A stretch of 64,000 nucleotides of DNA from Candidatus Dojkabacteria bacterium (GCA_016927655.1 JAFGMG010000001.1:34818-98817), one strand, 5' to 3'. Positions 10,306-20,673 are shown, counted from the first letter of the stretch. Notes: a model not told the origin generated them from the letters alone. Numbers and translations are program-made.

Positions 10306-10515
10306 TTACCAACTTGATTTTGTAACACCGGGCAGCAATCCTTCGTTTGCTTTTTCCCTGACACAAATTCTACACATCCCGAAGTGCCTTATATACCCTC
10401 TTGTCCGGCCACATTGAGAACATCTGCTAAATACTCTTGTCGGCTTTTTTAGGGTGCCTTTTTTGCTTTTTTCTTTTAGCTTTTTTGCTTTGTGTTCTTG
10501 TGCTGCTGTACTCAT
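10306..10515 (-). CDS. rpsN: 30S ribosomal protein S14 (short Zn-binding type Z)
   Basis: RCSQCGR...[13 protein letters not shown]. Confidence 0.96.
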   Translation of the reverse strand: MSTAAQEHKAKKLKEKSKKGTLKKPTRVFSRCSQCGRTRGYIRHFGMCRICVREKANEGLLPGVTKSSW

Positions 10516-10538
10516 TATTTCTTTACAATTTATTTAAA

Positions 10539-11099
10539 TTATTTCGCTTTTTTCACAAAAGGCATTCCCAGATATTTCAATAAAAGCAAACTATTTTCAT
10601 CATTTGAGTTTGCGATATTGATATTGACCTGCATACTAAATGCCTTTGTAACTTTGTTTGTGTCAACCTCGGGAAAAACTGTATGCTCCCTCAATCCTAA
10701 AGAATAGTTTCCCCTTCCATCGAAAGCTTTGTTAGAAATACCTCGAAAATCTTTCAATCTTGGCAACACGATACTTACTAACCTGTCATAAAACTCCCAC
10801 ATTCTATCCCCTCGAAGGGTAACTTTTAGTCCGATATCCTGTCCCTTTCGGATTTTAAAGTTTGAGATAGCTTTCTTGGATTTTGTAATAACCGGTGCCT
10901 GGCCCGCGATCATAGAAATATCTTCAATCGCTTGATCGAACGCCGCCTTGTCTTCCTTGGCACTGCCAAGTCCAACATTTATTACAATTTTATCCAATTT
11001 TGGCAGTGCCATAATATTGGCATCTCCCAAATCTTGTTTAAGCTTTTTAATTATCTCCTCTTTGTATAATTTTTTGAGTCTTGGTATGTAATTTTTCAT
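10539..11099 (-). CDS. rplE: 50S ribosomal protein L5
   Basis: KIVINVGLG, KVTLRGDRM, FDGRGNYSLG. Confidence 0.98.
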   Translation of the reverse strand: MKNYIPRLKKLYKEEIIKKLKQDLGDANIMALPKLDKIVINVGLGSAKEDKAAFDQAIEDISMIAGQAPVITKSKKAISNFKIRKGQDIGLKVTLRGDRMWEFYDRLVSIVLPRLKDFRGISNKAFDGRGNYSLGLREHTVFPEVDTNKVTKAFSMQVNINIANSNDENSLLLLKYLGMPFVKKAK

Positions 11100-11425
11100 T
11101 TTTTATTAACTGTTTTTTTGCTGTTATTTTTTTTTACTGTCTCTTTTTTTGTTTTGATTTTCTGCTTTGCTTCAATTCTTTTTCTAGTTGTCTTCCCGCT
11201 ATCTGGTGAAACCAGCATCACGTTCGAGACGTGAATTGGAGCTTCAATTTCGATTCGGCCGCCAGGGTTATTTTTATCCCCAGTGTTTTTTTTGTGTTTT
11301 ATAACTTTATTTACACCTTTGATCACAACTCTACCCTTTTTAGGCAGCACTTTTAAAACCTCGCCTTGTTTACCTCGGTCTTTTCCAGTTATGACTTGTA
11401 TCAAATCTCCTTTTTTTATCTTCAT
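11096..11425 (-). CDS. rplX: 50S ribosomal protein L24
   Basis: [24 protein letters not shown]. Confidence 0.97.
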   Translation of the reverse strand: MKIKKGDLIQVITGKDRGKQGEVLKVLPKKGRVVIKGVNKVIKHKKNTGDKNNPGGRIEIEAPIHVSNVMLVSPDSGKTTRKRIEAKQKIKTKKETVKKNNSKKTVNKK

Positions 11426-11805
11426 AATACTTCTGGTGCTAAACTAACAATTTTATTGAAACCTTTGTCTTTTAGTTCTCTTGCAATTGGACCAAAAATC
11501 CTGGTTGCTTTCGGCTCTTTTGTGTCTTTATTGATAATCACGGCAGCATTATCATCAAATCTAATATAACTTCCTTCTTTTCTTCTTACTTCTTTTTTAG
11601 TTCTAATGACTACTGCATATACAATTTCTCCCTGCTTGTAGCTTGTGTTTGGCTGTACCTTTTTCGCACTGGCACTTACAAGTTCTCCCACAGTTCCAAA
11701 TCTCTGATGTTTCCCGCCTTTTTTCCTGCCGAGGACTTGGATCACCATGATCTCTTTTACTCCGCTATTATCTGCAATTTTTAGTCTTGATAAAGATTGA
11801 ATCAT
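11422..11805 (-). CDS. rplN: 50S ribosomal protein L14
   Basis: [27 protein letters not shown]. Confidence 0.98.
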   Translation of the reverse strand: MIQSLSRLKIADNSGVKEIMVIQVLGRKKGGKHQRFGTVGELVSASAKKVQPNTSYKQGEIVYAVVIRTKKEVRRKEGSYIRFDDNAAVIINKDTKEPKATRIFGPIARELKDKGFNKIVSLAPEVL

Positions 11806-12059
11806 TACTTAGCTACTTCTATTAATTTAAATTTCTTATTCTTTGAGACCGGGGTCGTTTCCTCAATAATTACCTGATTACCAACTTCAACTTCGATTCC
11901 ATTCCTGTCTGCTAGATACTTTTTATTGCTCTTTAAAATCTTTTGGTACAAAGGATGTGCAGCTTTTCGCTCAACATCTACTTTTATTGTTTTTTCATCA
12001 ACAATTTTGACTACTACCCCTTTTAGTGTCTTTTTTGTTTTTCTTGCCTCTTGTTCCAA
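11805..12059 (-). CDS. rpsQ: 30S ribosomal protein S17
   Basis: [24 protein letters not shown]. Confidence 0.95.
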   Translation of the reverse strand: MEQEARKTKKTLKGVVVKIVDEKTIKVDVERKAAHPLYQKILKSNKKYLADRNGIEVEVGNQVIIEETTPVSKNKKFKLIEVAK

Positions 12060-12075
12060 TTGCTTTAATTAATAA

Positions 12076-12264
12076 TTATTTTTTAGATTTTCCCAATTCG
12101 CCTAGTATTGTCAAAGCCTTTGCTAAATCAGCCTTTTTCCTCCTATACTCAGAGACTACTCCCAGATTTTGAGATTTTATCTCAATTCGTAGATCTCTCA
12201 ACTCCTGTCTAAGCTTTGCAATTTCTTCCTGTAATTTTTTTGCGTCTAATTTTCTATAATCCAT
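12076..12264 (-). CDS. rpmC: 50S ribosomal protein L29
   Basis: Helical 62 aa protein between rplP and rpsQ; KADLAKALT. Confidence 0.9.
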   Translation of the reverse strand: MDYRKLDAKKLQEEIAKLRQELRDLRIEIKSQNLGVVSEYRRKKADLAKALTILGELGKSKK

Positions 12265-12268
12265 TTAT

Positions 12269-12676
12269 TTAGTCTTTCGTAATTATTCTTGTTTTTACCG
12301 GCAGCTTATCAGCAGCTCTTTTTAGTGCTGCTCTTGCGACCTCTTCACTTACTCCACCCAACTCAAAAATCATTCTGCCAGGTTTGAGAACAAAGACATA
12401 ACCCTGGACGTCGCCTTTACCTTTTCCCATTCCAACTTCTGCCGGTTTGGCAGTATAAGCCTTGTCAGGAAACAATCTCAACCACAACTTTCCTTTTCTT
12501 TTTGTTTCCCTGACAACTGCTTTTCTAGCCGATTCTATTTGATTTCCATTTAACCAAATTCTATCAGTTGCCTGCAGACCAAATTCTCCTACCGTTAACT
12601 GGTTTCCTCTAGCCGCCTCGCCTTTCATTCTACCTCTAAGTTGTTTTCTGTGTTTTGTTTGTTTTGGCTGCAACAT
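12269..12676 (-). CDS. rplP: 50S ribosomal protein L16
   Basis: MLQPK, QIESAR, MGKGKG, KLPVKT. Confidence 0.98.
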   Translation of the reverse strand: MLQPKQTKHRKQLRGRMKGEAARGNQLTVGEFGLQATDRIWLNGNQIESARKAVVRETKRKGKLWLRLFPDKAYTAKPAEVGMGKGKGDVQGYVFVLKPGRMIFELGGVSEEVARAALKRAADKLPVKTRIITKD

Positions 12677-12678
12677 AG

Positions 12679-13308
12679 TTATTTATCCCCTTTAAAGACC
12701 CAAACTTTTATTCCCTGCTTTCCAGCGTTTGGCACTTGAGCTGTAAGATAATAATAATCAATATCTGCTCTTAGCGTCTGAAGCGGAACTGTTCCCCACT
12801 GGAATTTTTCAGTTCTAGCAATTTCAACACCTTTAATTCTTCCCGAAACCCAGATTCTGACCCCATTTACTTCTCCTGAATTCCTTGCATTTTCGATCTC
12901 TCTGCTTGCGACATATTTTGGAACTACCCTTCTCTCTAGCTGCTCTGCAACGTTTTGCGCTATTATTCTAGCTGATGTCTCTGGTCTTTTAATTTCAAGG
13001 ATCTGCAGATCAACGTTTGTTTTCAATAGGTCGTTCAGCTTTTTCTTTAGCTCTTCAATCCCTGCGCCACCCCTGCCTATCACAACTCCAGGCCTTGCAA
13101 CTGTTACTTCAATCCTGATTCTGTTCATTGATCTTTTTATTTTTATATCATGTACCCCTGCATTCTTCAGATTCTTCTTTATAAACTTTCTTGCTTCAAG
13201 GTCACTCTCCAGCAAATTGCTATAAGTCGCCTTGTCTGCGTACCAGACCGACTTCCATCCTTTGTTTACTCCCAGTCTAAATCCTACCGGGTTTACTTTT
13301 TGACCCAT
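12679..13308 (-). CDS. rpsC: 30S ribosomal protein S3
   Basis: MGQKVNPVGFRLG, RPGVVIGRGG, VPLQTLRADIDY. Confidence 0.98.
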   Translation of the reverse strand: MGQKVNPVGFRLGVNKGWKSVWYADKATYSNLLESDLEARKFIKKNLKNAGVHDIKIKRSMNRIRIEVTVARPGVVIGRGGAGIEELKKKLNDLLKTNVDLQILEIKRPETSARIIAQNVAEQLERRVVPKYVASREIENARNSGEVNGVRIWVSGRIKGVEIARTEKFQWGTVPLQTLRADIDYYYLTAQVPNAGKQGIKVWVFKGDK

Positions 13309-13326
13309 AATTATTTAATTTATAAA

Positions 13327-13872
13327 TTAACCTTTTGCTTGTACTTTTCTTTGTGTACCTGTTGTTTTAATTTGCGCTTTTTTGGCAATGTCCATTCTTT
13401 TCATCTTTTCGAGCGCTTCTTTCTTTTTCTTTTCGATTGTATCACCTTGTTTTTCAATTTCTTCTTTTTGTTCCTCTGTTGACACTGCTTTTACTGCCTT
13501 TGCCTTTGTTTTTTTAGCCGCTGTCTTTTGCTGCTCACCAGATACCGCAATAATTATATGCGAATTTCTTTTTAAGATTTTATGATATCGTCCTTTACTT
13601 ACCGCTCTGCCTCTTTTAAAAATTGGGGCATCATCGACACGCGCTTCAACAATTTTCAACTCTTTCTTGTCCATCCCCTCATTGTTTACTGCATTTGCTA
13701 TTGCAGACTCAAGCGTCTTCCTGACTGGCAAAGCTGCAGCTTTGTTTACAAACTCCAATACCTCACTTGCATAAACAGCATTTTCACCGCGAATCATGTC
13801 AGCTACAAGCCTTACCTTTTGAGCTGACATTCTTACATACTTGCTTTTTGCATAAACATATTTCTTTGTCAT
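13327..13872 (-). CDS. rplV: 50S ribosomal protein L22 with long charged C-terminal extension
   Basis: KVRLVADMIRG, SAIANA, SHIIIAV followed by a ~70 aa K/E-rich tail. Confidence 0.96.
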   Translation of the reverse strand: MTKKYVYAKSKYVRMSAQKVRLVADMIRGENAVYASEVLEFVNKAAALPVRKTLESAIANAVNNEGMDKKELKIVEARVDDAPIFKRGRAVSKGRYHKILKRNSHIIIAVSGEQQKTAAKKTKAKAVKAVSTEEQKEEIEKQGDTIEKKKKEALEKMKRMDIAKKAQIKTTGTQRKVQAKG

Positions 13873-13874
13873 TT

Positions 13875-14183
13875 TTATTCTTCTACTGTTCTACCGGCAG
13901 TACCAGTAGCTTTAGCGATTTTACCTTTCTTGCTATGACCAGTAAATTTACGTGTTGGGGCAAATTCTCCCAATTTATGCCCAACCATCGATTCTGTTAC
14001 AAACACATCTAAAAAGTTCCGTCCATTGTGTACAGCAAATGTCATTCCAACCATATCAGGTGTAATTACAGAAGCTCTGGCCCATGTTTTTATTGGCTTT
14101 TTGTCACCTTCTGCTTTTGCCTTTATAATTTTTCTGGCAATTCTCTCGTCGATATATGGTCCTTTTTTTAGTGATCTGCTCAT
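13875..14183 (-). CDS. rpsS: 30S ribosomal protein S19
   Basis: [28 protein letters not shown]. Confidence 0.98.
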   Translation of the reverse strand: MSRSLKKGPYIDERIARKIIKAKAEGDKKPIKTWARASVITPDMVGMTFAVHNGRNFLDVFVTESMVGHKLGEFAPTRKFTGHSKKGKIAKATGTAGRTVEE

Positions 14184-14197
14184 ATTATTTTATTAAA

Positions 14198-15070
14198 TTA
14201 AACAATAGTATGTCTGGTCTTTTTTACGTTTGGTCTTCTTCTTGTAGTCCTTCTTTTTATAATGTATTTATCAGTTGATGTGTTCTTCCTGGTTTTTGTA
14301 CCCTGCTTTTTGCCCCAAGGGGTCTTTGCTGGTCCTCCGGTTCCGTGTCTTCCACCTTTACCCTGACCTCCAGAGTGTGGATGACTGTCCGATTGTGCCG
14401 TACCTCTAACAGTCGGCCTGATCCCCATATGTCTTTTTCTTCCTGCTTTACCAAGTCGTACGTTTTGCTTATCCTCATTGCCTACAAGTCCGATAGTAGC
14501 CATATTTTCTTCTCTGACAAGCCTGATTTCTCCACTTGGCATTTTGAGTTGAATATATTTCTTGTCACCTCCTTGAATTTGTACGCTCATTCCTGCACTT
14601 CTTGCAATTTTACCACCTTCACCTCTTCTAAGTTCAATATTATGAACATATGTTCCAAAAGGAATGTTCTTTAAAGGCATTGCATTTCCAGGCTTGATCG
14701 GCGCTTCTTTCTCCCTTGAGATAAGTTCCTGTCCGACTTTTACCCCTTTTGGCGCCAAAATGTATCTTCTCTCGCCATCTGCGTATTTTAAAAGAGCAAT
14801 ATTGCATGATCTATTTGGATCATATTCAATAGCCTCAACATTTGCCGGCACTTCCATTTTATCTCTTTTAAAGTCAATCTCTCTATAATATGTCCTGCCT
14901 TTTCCACTTTTGTGTCTGACAGTAATAGCTCCACTGCCATTTTTGCCTCTTGAGCCTTTTTTCATTTTTTTCAACCTTTTTGTCTTTTTTGTAGTACTGT
15001 CCAGCCCTCTATTATCAAGCAAAGCTGTATGTCTTCTGGTTTGTGTTGTTGGTTTAAATATCTTTATCAT
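14198..15070 (-). CDS. rplB: 50S ribosomal protein L2
   Basis: IEYDPNRS, GERRYILAP, LGKAG, RPTVRG. Confidence 0.98.
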   Translation of the reverse strand: MIKIFKPTTQTRRHTALLDNRGLDSTTKKTKRLKKMKKGSRGKNGSGAITVRHKSGKGRTYYREIDFKRDKMEVPANVEAIEYDPNRSCNIALLKYADGERRYILAPKGVKVGQELISREKEAPIKPGNAMPLKNIPFGTYVHNIELRRGEGGKIARSAGMSVQIQGGDKKYIQLKMPSGEIRLVREENMATIGLVGNEDKQNVRLGKAGRKRHMGIRPTVRGTAQSDSHPHSGGQGKGGRHGTGGPAKTPWGKKQGTKTRKNTSTDKYIIKRRTTRRRPNVKKTRHTIV

Positions 15071-15080
15071 TTTCGACTAT

Positions 15081-15365
15081 TTATTTGATTTCAAAACTAT
15101 CTATTTTGTCTTTCTTATTGAGCTGTACTATTGCCCTTTTCGAATTTTTTCTTCTGCCACTTGATTTTGAGCCAAAACGCTTGATTTTACCAAGTCTGTT
15201 TTGAATCCGGACAGACTCAACCTCAACTTCATATTTCTCAGCAATTCTGGTTGCAACTTGTTTTTTCGTTGTTTCACCAGACACCTCAAATGTGTACTGA
15301 TTCAATTCACTTGCCAAATTTATTGTTTTTTCTGTTAATATTGGCTTTACAATTATTTGTCTCAT
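15081..15365 (-). CDS. rplW: 50S ribosomal protein L23
   Basis: PILTEK, YTFEV, KRAIV; ATG at 15365 (MRQII) preferred over 15380. Confidence 0.95.
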   Translation of the reverse strand: MRQIIVKPILTEKTINLASELNQYTFEVSGETTKKQVATRIAEKYEVEVESVRIQNRLGKIKRFGSKSSGRRKNSKRAIVQLNKKDKIDSFEIK

Positions 15366-15988
15366 TTTTTGTCTCCCCATTTTTCTGAAATATCTTTAAG
15401 GGCATCTTCCAAAATCACCAGGCATTTGTTATCAAGGATATTAAAGACATTTAGCTCGCCTGTTCGTATTGCTCTTGCGCCTTCAATATTTTTGACCGCC
15501 TTATGCAATCCTTTCTCTTCAACCTGAACAAATGCGACTTTTCCTTTAATTCCAAGATTTTTCAGTACTCCATCGATCTGCTTCGTTTTGTCTGTATCAA
15601 AGTTTTCAATTACAATGACTTCTTTTGCTTCATTTTTCATTGTAAATGCATTTTTAATTGCTTTTTTATTTGCAGATTTATTCAGCTTCTTTTTATAATT
15701 TCTTGCATTCGTTGGGCCGAATGTCACTCCTCCGCCTTTCCAGATTGGACTCCTGGATGATCCATGCCTCGCTCTTCCAGTCCCTTTTTGTTTCCATGGC
15801 TTTTTACCTCCACCGCTGACTTCCGATCTATCTTTCGTCTGTGCGTTTGCCTGCCTCTGATTTTGCAAATAAGTATCAACCGCTTGCGAAATAAGATTTT
15901 GATTGACTTTGGTGCCAAATACCGAGTCATCAAGTTTTACTTTTTTCTCTGTCTTTTTTCCTTTTTTATCGTAAAGATTCAGATTCAT
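15362..15988 (-). CDS. rplD: 50S ribosomal protein L4
   Basis: RSEVSGGGKKPWKQKGTGRARHGS, GGGVTFGP. Confidence 0.98.
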   Translation of the reverse strand: MNLNLYDKKGKKTEKKVKLDDSVFGTKVNQNLISQAVDTYLQNQRQANAQTKDRSEVSGGGKKPWKQKGTGRARHGSSRSPIWKGGGVTFGPTNARNYKKKLNKSANKKAIKNAFTMKNEAKEVIVIENFDTDKTKQIDGVLKNLGIKGKVAFVQVEEKGLHKAVKNIEGARAIRTGELNVFNILDNKCLVILEDALKDISEKWGDKK

Positions 15989-16599
15989 TATCGCGCTTTT
16001 CTTATTAATACATATGAATTTTTGCTTCCCGGCACTGCACCTTTAACATAAAGCAGACCGTTTTCTGTATCTAATTTTACAACTCTCAGGTTTCCAGTTG
16101 TCTGTCTTTCTCCTCCCATTCGTCCGCCCATTTTCTTGCCTTTATAAACTCTACCCGGTGTAGTCCCGGAACCGATAGAACCTGGTGCTCTTTGCCTATC
16201 TGATTGACCATGGGTCTTTGGCCCGCCTTTAAATCCCCATCTTTTAACTACCCCAGCAAAGCCTTTTCCTTTTGTCGTTCCTGTTATGTCAATTTTTTGA
16301 TCTGGCTTGATATCAAGTTCAACTTCTGCTCCAGTTTCGAGTCCCTCTGGCATCTCCTCTATTCTAAATTCGACTGCCTTTCGAGGTACAATTTTCAATC
16401 CTTTAAATTTGGTCGTTTCTGCTTTATTTGCTTTCTTTTCTCCAATCCCCAAAATGACGGCATTATAACCGTCTTTTTCTTGTGTTTTCGTTCCCGCGAC
16501 AATTGACTTGGAAATATCGATCAGGGTTACAGGAAATACTTTTCCCTCCTCATCATAAATCTGAGTCATTTCTTTTTTTATTCCGATTGTAAAGTCCAT
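15988..16599 (-). CDS. rplC: 50S ribosomal protein L3
   Basis: KGKGFAGVVKRW, RAPGSIG, KGAVPG. Confidence 0.98.
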   Translation of the reverse strand: MDFTIGIKKEMTQIYDEEGKVFPVTLIDISKSIVAGTKTQEKDGYNAVILGIGEKKANKAETTKFKGLKIVPRKAVEFRIEEMPEGLETGAEVELDIKPDQKIDITGTTKGKGFAGVVKRWGFKGGPKTHGQSDRQRAPGSIGSGTTPGRVYKGKKMGGRMGGERQTTGNLRVVKLDTENGLLYVKGAVPGSKNSYVLIRKAR

Positions 16600-16613
16600 A
16601 TCTTTAATTATTC

Positions 16614-16646
16614 AAAAAAAACTTCTTACCTTCAAAGCGTAAGAAG
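16614..16646 (-). terminator. Intrinsic terminator-like hairpin between rpsJ and rplC
   Basis: Minus strand CTTCTTAC-gctttgaag-GTAAGAAG followed by T8. Confidence 0.65.
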
Positions 16647-16715
16647 CTTTATTTAAGGTAACTTGCCCCTAAGCTTATTAGCTTTGAGACAGTATTGACC
16701 GACTTTGATCCAATA

Positions 16716-17024
16716 TTATTTAATTTCTACGTTGACTCCAGCAGCAAGCTGCAAATGAGTCAGTGAATCAATTGTTTTTGCGTTTGGTTCAATTATCTCA
16801 ACTAATCTTCCATGAATTCTCATCTCATAATGCTCCTTGCTTTTACCATCAACATGCGGGGATTTCAATACCGCCCACTTCCTGATTCTATTTGGCAATG
16901 GAACAGGACCGCTTGTCTTGGCACCAGTCCTGAGTGCTGTATCAAGCACTTGAGAAGCTGCCTTGTCAACGACCTTTGCATCATACCCCTTTATTTTTAT
17001 TCGAATCTTTTGCATTTGAACCAA
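16716..17024 (-). CDS. rpsJ: 30S ribosomal protein S10
   Basis: KIRIKIKGYD, SGPVPLP, SPHV, EHYEMRIH; alternative ATG at 17015. Confidence 0.98.
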   Translation of the reverse strand: MVQMQKIRIKIKGYDAKVVDKAASQVLDTALRTGAKTSGPVPLPNRIRKWAVLKSPHVDGKSKEHYEMRIHGRLVEIIEPNAKTIDSLTHLQLAAGVNVEIK

Positions 17025-17044
17025 TAAACTAAATTCATAACTTT

Positions 17045-17068
17045 AGAGGTGCTCTTCCTGGCACCTCT
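17045..17068. other. GC-rich hairpin between tuf and rpsJ
   Basis: AGAGGTGC-tcttcctg-GCACCTCT; the T-tract is only on the plus-strand side, so its role for the minus-strand operon is unclear. Confidence 0.45.
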
Positions 17069-17079
17069 TTTTGTTTTCT

Positions 17080-18246
17080 TTATTTCACAACTTTTGTTAC
17101 AACTCCTTCTCCTACTGTCCTTCCACCCTCTCTAATTGCAAATCTCATTTTCTCTTCGATTGCAACTGGAGTTACAAGTTTAATGACGAGTTCTGCATTA
17201 TCACCTGGCATAACCATTTCAGTTCCCTCTTTCAAAGTTACTGCTCCAGTCACATCAGTCGTTCTAATGTAAAACTGTGGTCTGTATCCAGTGAAGAAAG
17301 CTGTGTGTCTACCGCCTTCATCTTTGTTTAGAATGTAGACCTCTGCTTCAAATTCTGTATGTGGCTGAATACTTCCTTTTGCAGCAAGTACCTGACCTCT
17401 TTCAATATCTTCTCTTTTTAGACCTCTAAGTAGAAGTCCGACATTATCTCCAGCCTGACCTTCTTTTAGACTTTTATTAAACATCTCAACTCCAGTTATT
17501 GTTACCGGCTTTACACCTTCCATCATTCCTACCTGATCGACGGTTTCCCCAACCTTCACCGTACCTCGATCGATTCTTCCCGTTGCGACAGTTCCTCTAC
17601 CTTCGATTGAGAAAACATCTTCAACAGACATTAAAAATGGCTGATCAACCGGTCTTTCTGGAACTGGAATATCTTTATCAACAGCTGCCATAAGAGCTTT
17701 TATTGACTCAACATCTTCACCTTTTTCGGCTTTCAATGCATTTCCTCTTACAACAGTAACTTTGTCTCCTTCGAAGCCATGTTTTGTTAGAAGTTCTCGG
17801 ACTTCCTCCTCAACAAGGTCAATCAAATCATCATCCATATCTTCAAAGATATTTATATAAACAACAAAGTGCTTTACTCCTACCTGTTTGGCAAGAAGAA
17901 CGTGCTCTGTTGTTTGAGGCATAGGTCCATCAGAAGCTGATACAACTAGGATAGCCCCATCCATTTGAGCTGCTCCAGTGATCATGTTTTTGATGTAATC
18001 TTTGTGACCTGGACAATCAACAATTGCATAGTGCCTTGCATCGGTCTCTGCCTCTACATGAGCTACTGCAATAGTAATTGATTTTGCTTTCGACTCTGGA
18101 GATTTATCAAGTTTCCCCTTCCATTTATCCTTTTCATCTCCGCCAAAAACATTTAACACACCTCTAAGTAATGTGGTTTTACCATGATCCACATGACCAA
18201 GTGTACCAATATTCACATGAGGTTTATTTCTATCGAAATCTGCCAT
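17080..18246 (-). CDS. tuf: Elongation factor Tu with atypical G4 motif
   Basis: [43 protein letters not shown]; ATG at 18246; lies between fusA and rpsJ. Confidence 0.97.
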   Translation of the reverse strand: MADFDRNKPHVNIGTLGHVDHGKTTLLRGVLNVFGGDEKDKWKGKLDKSPESKAKSITIAVAHVEAETDARHYAIVDCPGHKDYIKNMITGAAQMDGAILVVSASDGPMPQTTEHVLLAKQVGVKHFVVYINIFEDMDDDLIDLVEEEVRELLTKHGFEGDKVTVVRGNALKAEKGEDVESIKALMAAVDKDIPVPERPVDQPFLMSVEDVFSIEGRGTVATGRIDRGTVKVGETVDQVGMMEGVKPVTITGVEMFNKSLKEGQAGDNVGLLLRGLKREDIERGQVLAAKGSIQPHTEFEAEVYILNKDEGGRHTAFFTGYRPQFYIRTTDVTGAVTLKEGTEMVMPGDNAELVIKLVTPVAIEEKMRFAIREGGRTVGEGVVTKVVK

Positions 18247-18304
18247 TTTAATAAAGTATAAAAAATACAAAAAGTTATACTCGTACAGTCAATACAAGCG
18301 TCTG

Positions 18305-18333
18305 ATTATACGAGAAAGTTTTCTGTTTTGCAA
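18305..18333 (-). promoter_or_regulatory. Sigma70 promoter for tuf
   Basis: Minus strand TTGCAA-N17-TATAAT. Confidence 0.65.
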
Positions 18334-18361
18334 CAGTGAAAAAAACTATTCCGATATTTAC

Positions 18362-20503
18362 TTAGGCTCCTAGTATTCCTTCAACCAGATTCCCCGGAAC
18401 CTTCGCATAATGCCCAAATTCCATTACACTATTCGCCTTGCCCTTAGTCATTGAACGAAGATCATTCGTCCAGCCGAACATATTTTCCAGTGGGACTTCT
18501 GCCCAGATCTCCTGGACTTTGCCCTTTGGATTCATTTTTTTAATCTGTCCTCTTTTTGAGCTCAATGCACCGGTTACATCTCCGGCAAATTCATCCGGAG
18601 TACTTACAACAACTTTCATTATTGGCTCAAGAAGGATAGGCTTCGCTTTTTTCATCGCCTCTCTAAATCCTTTAGAACCTACAATTTTGAAAGTATCTGT
18701 ATTTGAGTCAACTTCATGATAAGAGCCATCGATTAATGTGACTTTGAAATCAACTACGGGATAACCCCCAAGCACACCGGTAGACATGGCTTCCTGAATA
18801 CCTTTATCAACTGATGGGACATATTCCCTAGGAATTGCTCCACCTTTAATTTTATTCTCAAATTCATAGCCCTTTCCTCTTTCATTTGGTGCCATAATGA
18901 TAAGAATATCTGCAAATTGTCCTGCTCCTCCACTCTGCTTTTTGAGAACTTCCTGATGCTGAATTTCAGCCTCAATTGTTTCTTTGTATGCTACTTGCGG
19001 CTTACCAGTATTTACTTCAATTCCATATTCTCTCTTCATAATGTCAACTTTGATTTCCAGATGCAATTCCCCCATTCCAGAAACAATAGTCTGACCAGTT
19101 TCTGTATCTGTCTCGGCTTTAAATGTTGGATCCTCCTGCATGAGTTTTCGCAAAACTTCGCCCATTTTTTCTTGGTCACTCTTTGTTTTCGGTTCAATTG
19201 CAAGGCTTACGACTGGATCAGGAAAATCGATACTTTCCAGAACAATCGGATTATTATCGTCACAAAGAGTATTCCCTGTAAATGAATCCTTGAGTCCAAC
19301 TAGTGCAGCAATATCCCCTGCCCTTATCTCATCAACTTCTTCTCTATGATTTGCATGCATGAGCAGAATTCTTCCTACTCTCTCTTTTTTGGATCTTGTT
19401 GAATTGAATACATAAGAGCCATTTTTCAAAGTTCCTGAATATACCCTTATAAATGCAAGAGACCCCACATGCGAATCCATTGAAATTTTAAACACAAGAC
19501 CGCAAAAGTGATCTTCTGGCTTAAGTTCTCTTCGCTGTTCATTGCCAGTATCTGGATGAAGACCCCGGACCATTCCTTTGAGTTCTTTCATCTCTTCGTC
19601 TTCCTCGTCCACGTATGCATAGATTTTTTCAAGCGGTGATGGCAGATATCTGCAAACTGCATCAATGATAAGTTTAGTATCTGCCATTCTTGAATCGCCT
19701 CCAAGTACTGGGAATATTTTCCCGGCTACAGTATTTATTCTGATCGCGCTGTGCATTTCTTCAATTGAGAGAACTCCGTCTTCTAGATATTTTTCAAGAA
19801 GTTCGTCATTTGCATCGGCAATTTTTTCTAAAAGCTGGTTGTGCAATTCCTCTGCTTTAGCAAGCATGTCTTCAGGAATTTCAGTTTCTTCAAATTCAAG
19901 TTTTTCTTCGTCTTTGTATACATATGCTTTCATCTTGACCAGATCAATCACGCCGCGTAAATTTTCTTCCGTTCCTATCGGCAGTTGGATTGCAACTGCA
20001 TTTTCTGAAAGTTCCTCCTGAATAGATTTTAAACTTGCTTCGAAATCTCCGCCAAGAAGGTTGAGCTTATTGATGAAGCAGAGTCTTGGGACATTGTATT
20101 TTGTTGCCTGACCCCAGACTTTGCTTGATTGAGGTTCGACTCCCATTTTTCCGTCAAATACAACAACTGCGCCGTCTAGAACTCTTAGAGATCTCTCGAC
20201 TTCTGCTGTGAAATCAACATGGCCGGGAGTGTCAATGATATTAATCCTGAATTTTCTATCTCCAATTGACCAAAAGCAGGTTGTTGCTGCTGACTGGATT
20301 GTGATTCCTCTTTCCTGTTCCTGCTCCATAAAGTCCATCTCTGCTGCTCCTTCATGCACCTCTCCAATCTTGTGTTTTTTTCCTGTGAAAAACAATATAC
20401 GCTCAGTTGTGGTGGTTTTCCCAGCATCAACATGCGCAATAATTCCAATATTTCGGTAGTCGTTAAGGTCTTTAACGCTCGAATAGTCTAACTTGGTGGT
20501 CAT
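18362..20503 (-). CDS. fusA: Elongation factor G with atypical G4/G5 motifs
   Basis: [45 protein letters not shown]. Confidence 0.98.
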   Translation of the reverse strand: MTTKLDYSSVKDLNDYRNIGIIAHVDAGKTTTTERILFFTGKKHKIGEVHEGAAEMDFMEQEQERGITIQSAATTCFWSIGDRKFRINIIDTPGHVDFTAEVERSLRVLDGAVVVFDGKMGVEPQSSKVWGQATKYNVPRLCFINKLNLLGGDFEASLKSIQEELSENAVAIQLPIGTEENLRGVIDLVKMKAYVYKDEEKLEFEETEIPEDMLAKAEELHNQLLEKIADANDELLEKYLEDGVLSIEEMHSAIRINTVAGKIFPVLGGDSRMADTKLIIDAVCRYLPSPLEKIYAYVDEEDEEMKELKGMVRGLHPDTGNEQRRELKPEDHFCGLVFKISMDSHVGSLAFIRVYSGTLKNGSYVFNSTRSKKERVGRILLMHANHREEVDEIRAGDIAALVGLKDSFTGNTLCDDNNPIVLESIDFPDPVVSLAIEPKTKSDQEKMGEVLRKLMQEDPTFKAETDTETGQTIVSGMGELHLEIKVDIMKREYGIEVNTGKPQVAYKETIEAEIQHQEVLKKQSGGAGQFADILIIMAPNERGKGYEFENKIKGGAIPREYVPSVDKGIQEAMSTGVLGGYPVVDFKVTLIDGSYHEVDSNTDTFKIVGSKGFREAMKKAKPILLEPIMKVVVSTPDEFAGDVTGALSSKRGQIKKMNPKGKVQEIWAEVPLENMFGWTNDLRSMTKGKANSVMEFGHYAKVPGNLVEGILGA

Positions 20504-20600
20504 CCCTTTTTAATAATAATTATCAATAGAATTTGGAAACGACTGTAATATTATAACAGATCGAGCTGAATTGCAACGACAATAGCCCTGAATTTTTCTC

Positions 20601-20629
20601 TTGACAGCGGATCAACTTCTAGCTACTAT
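20601..20629 (+). promoter_or_regulatory. Near-consensus sigma70 promoter
   Basis: TTGACA-N17-TACTAT. Confidence 0.65.
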
Positions 20630-20673
20630 ATTCCCTATTGCATTTTTTAACTAGCTTTTAGGGAAGAGATACT

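Noticed and set aside
18247-18270. TTG-initiated N-terminal extension of EF-Tu (MYFLYFIK)
   Set aside because: ATG at 18246 gives the canonical [12 protein letters not shown] start
123-20459. Many plus-strand ORFs over the ribosomal operon (and similar antisense ORFs elsewhere)
   Set aside because: They are shadow frames opposite well-recognised genes, with no motifs of their own
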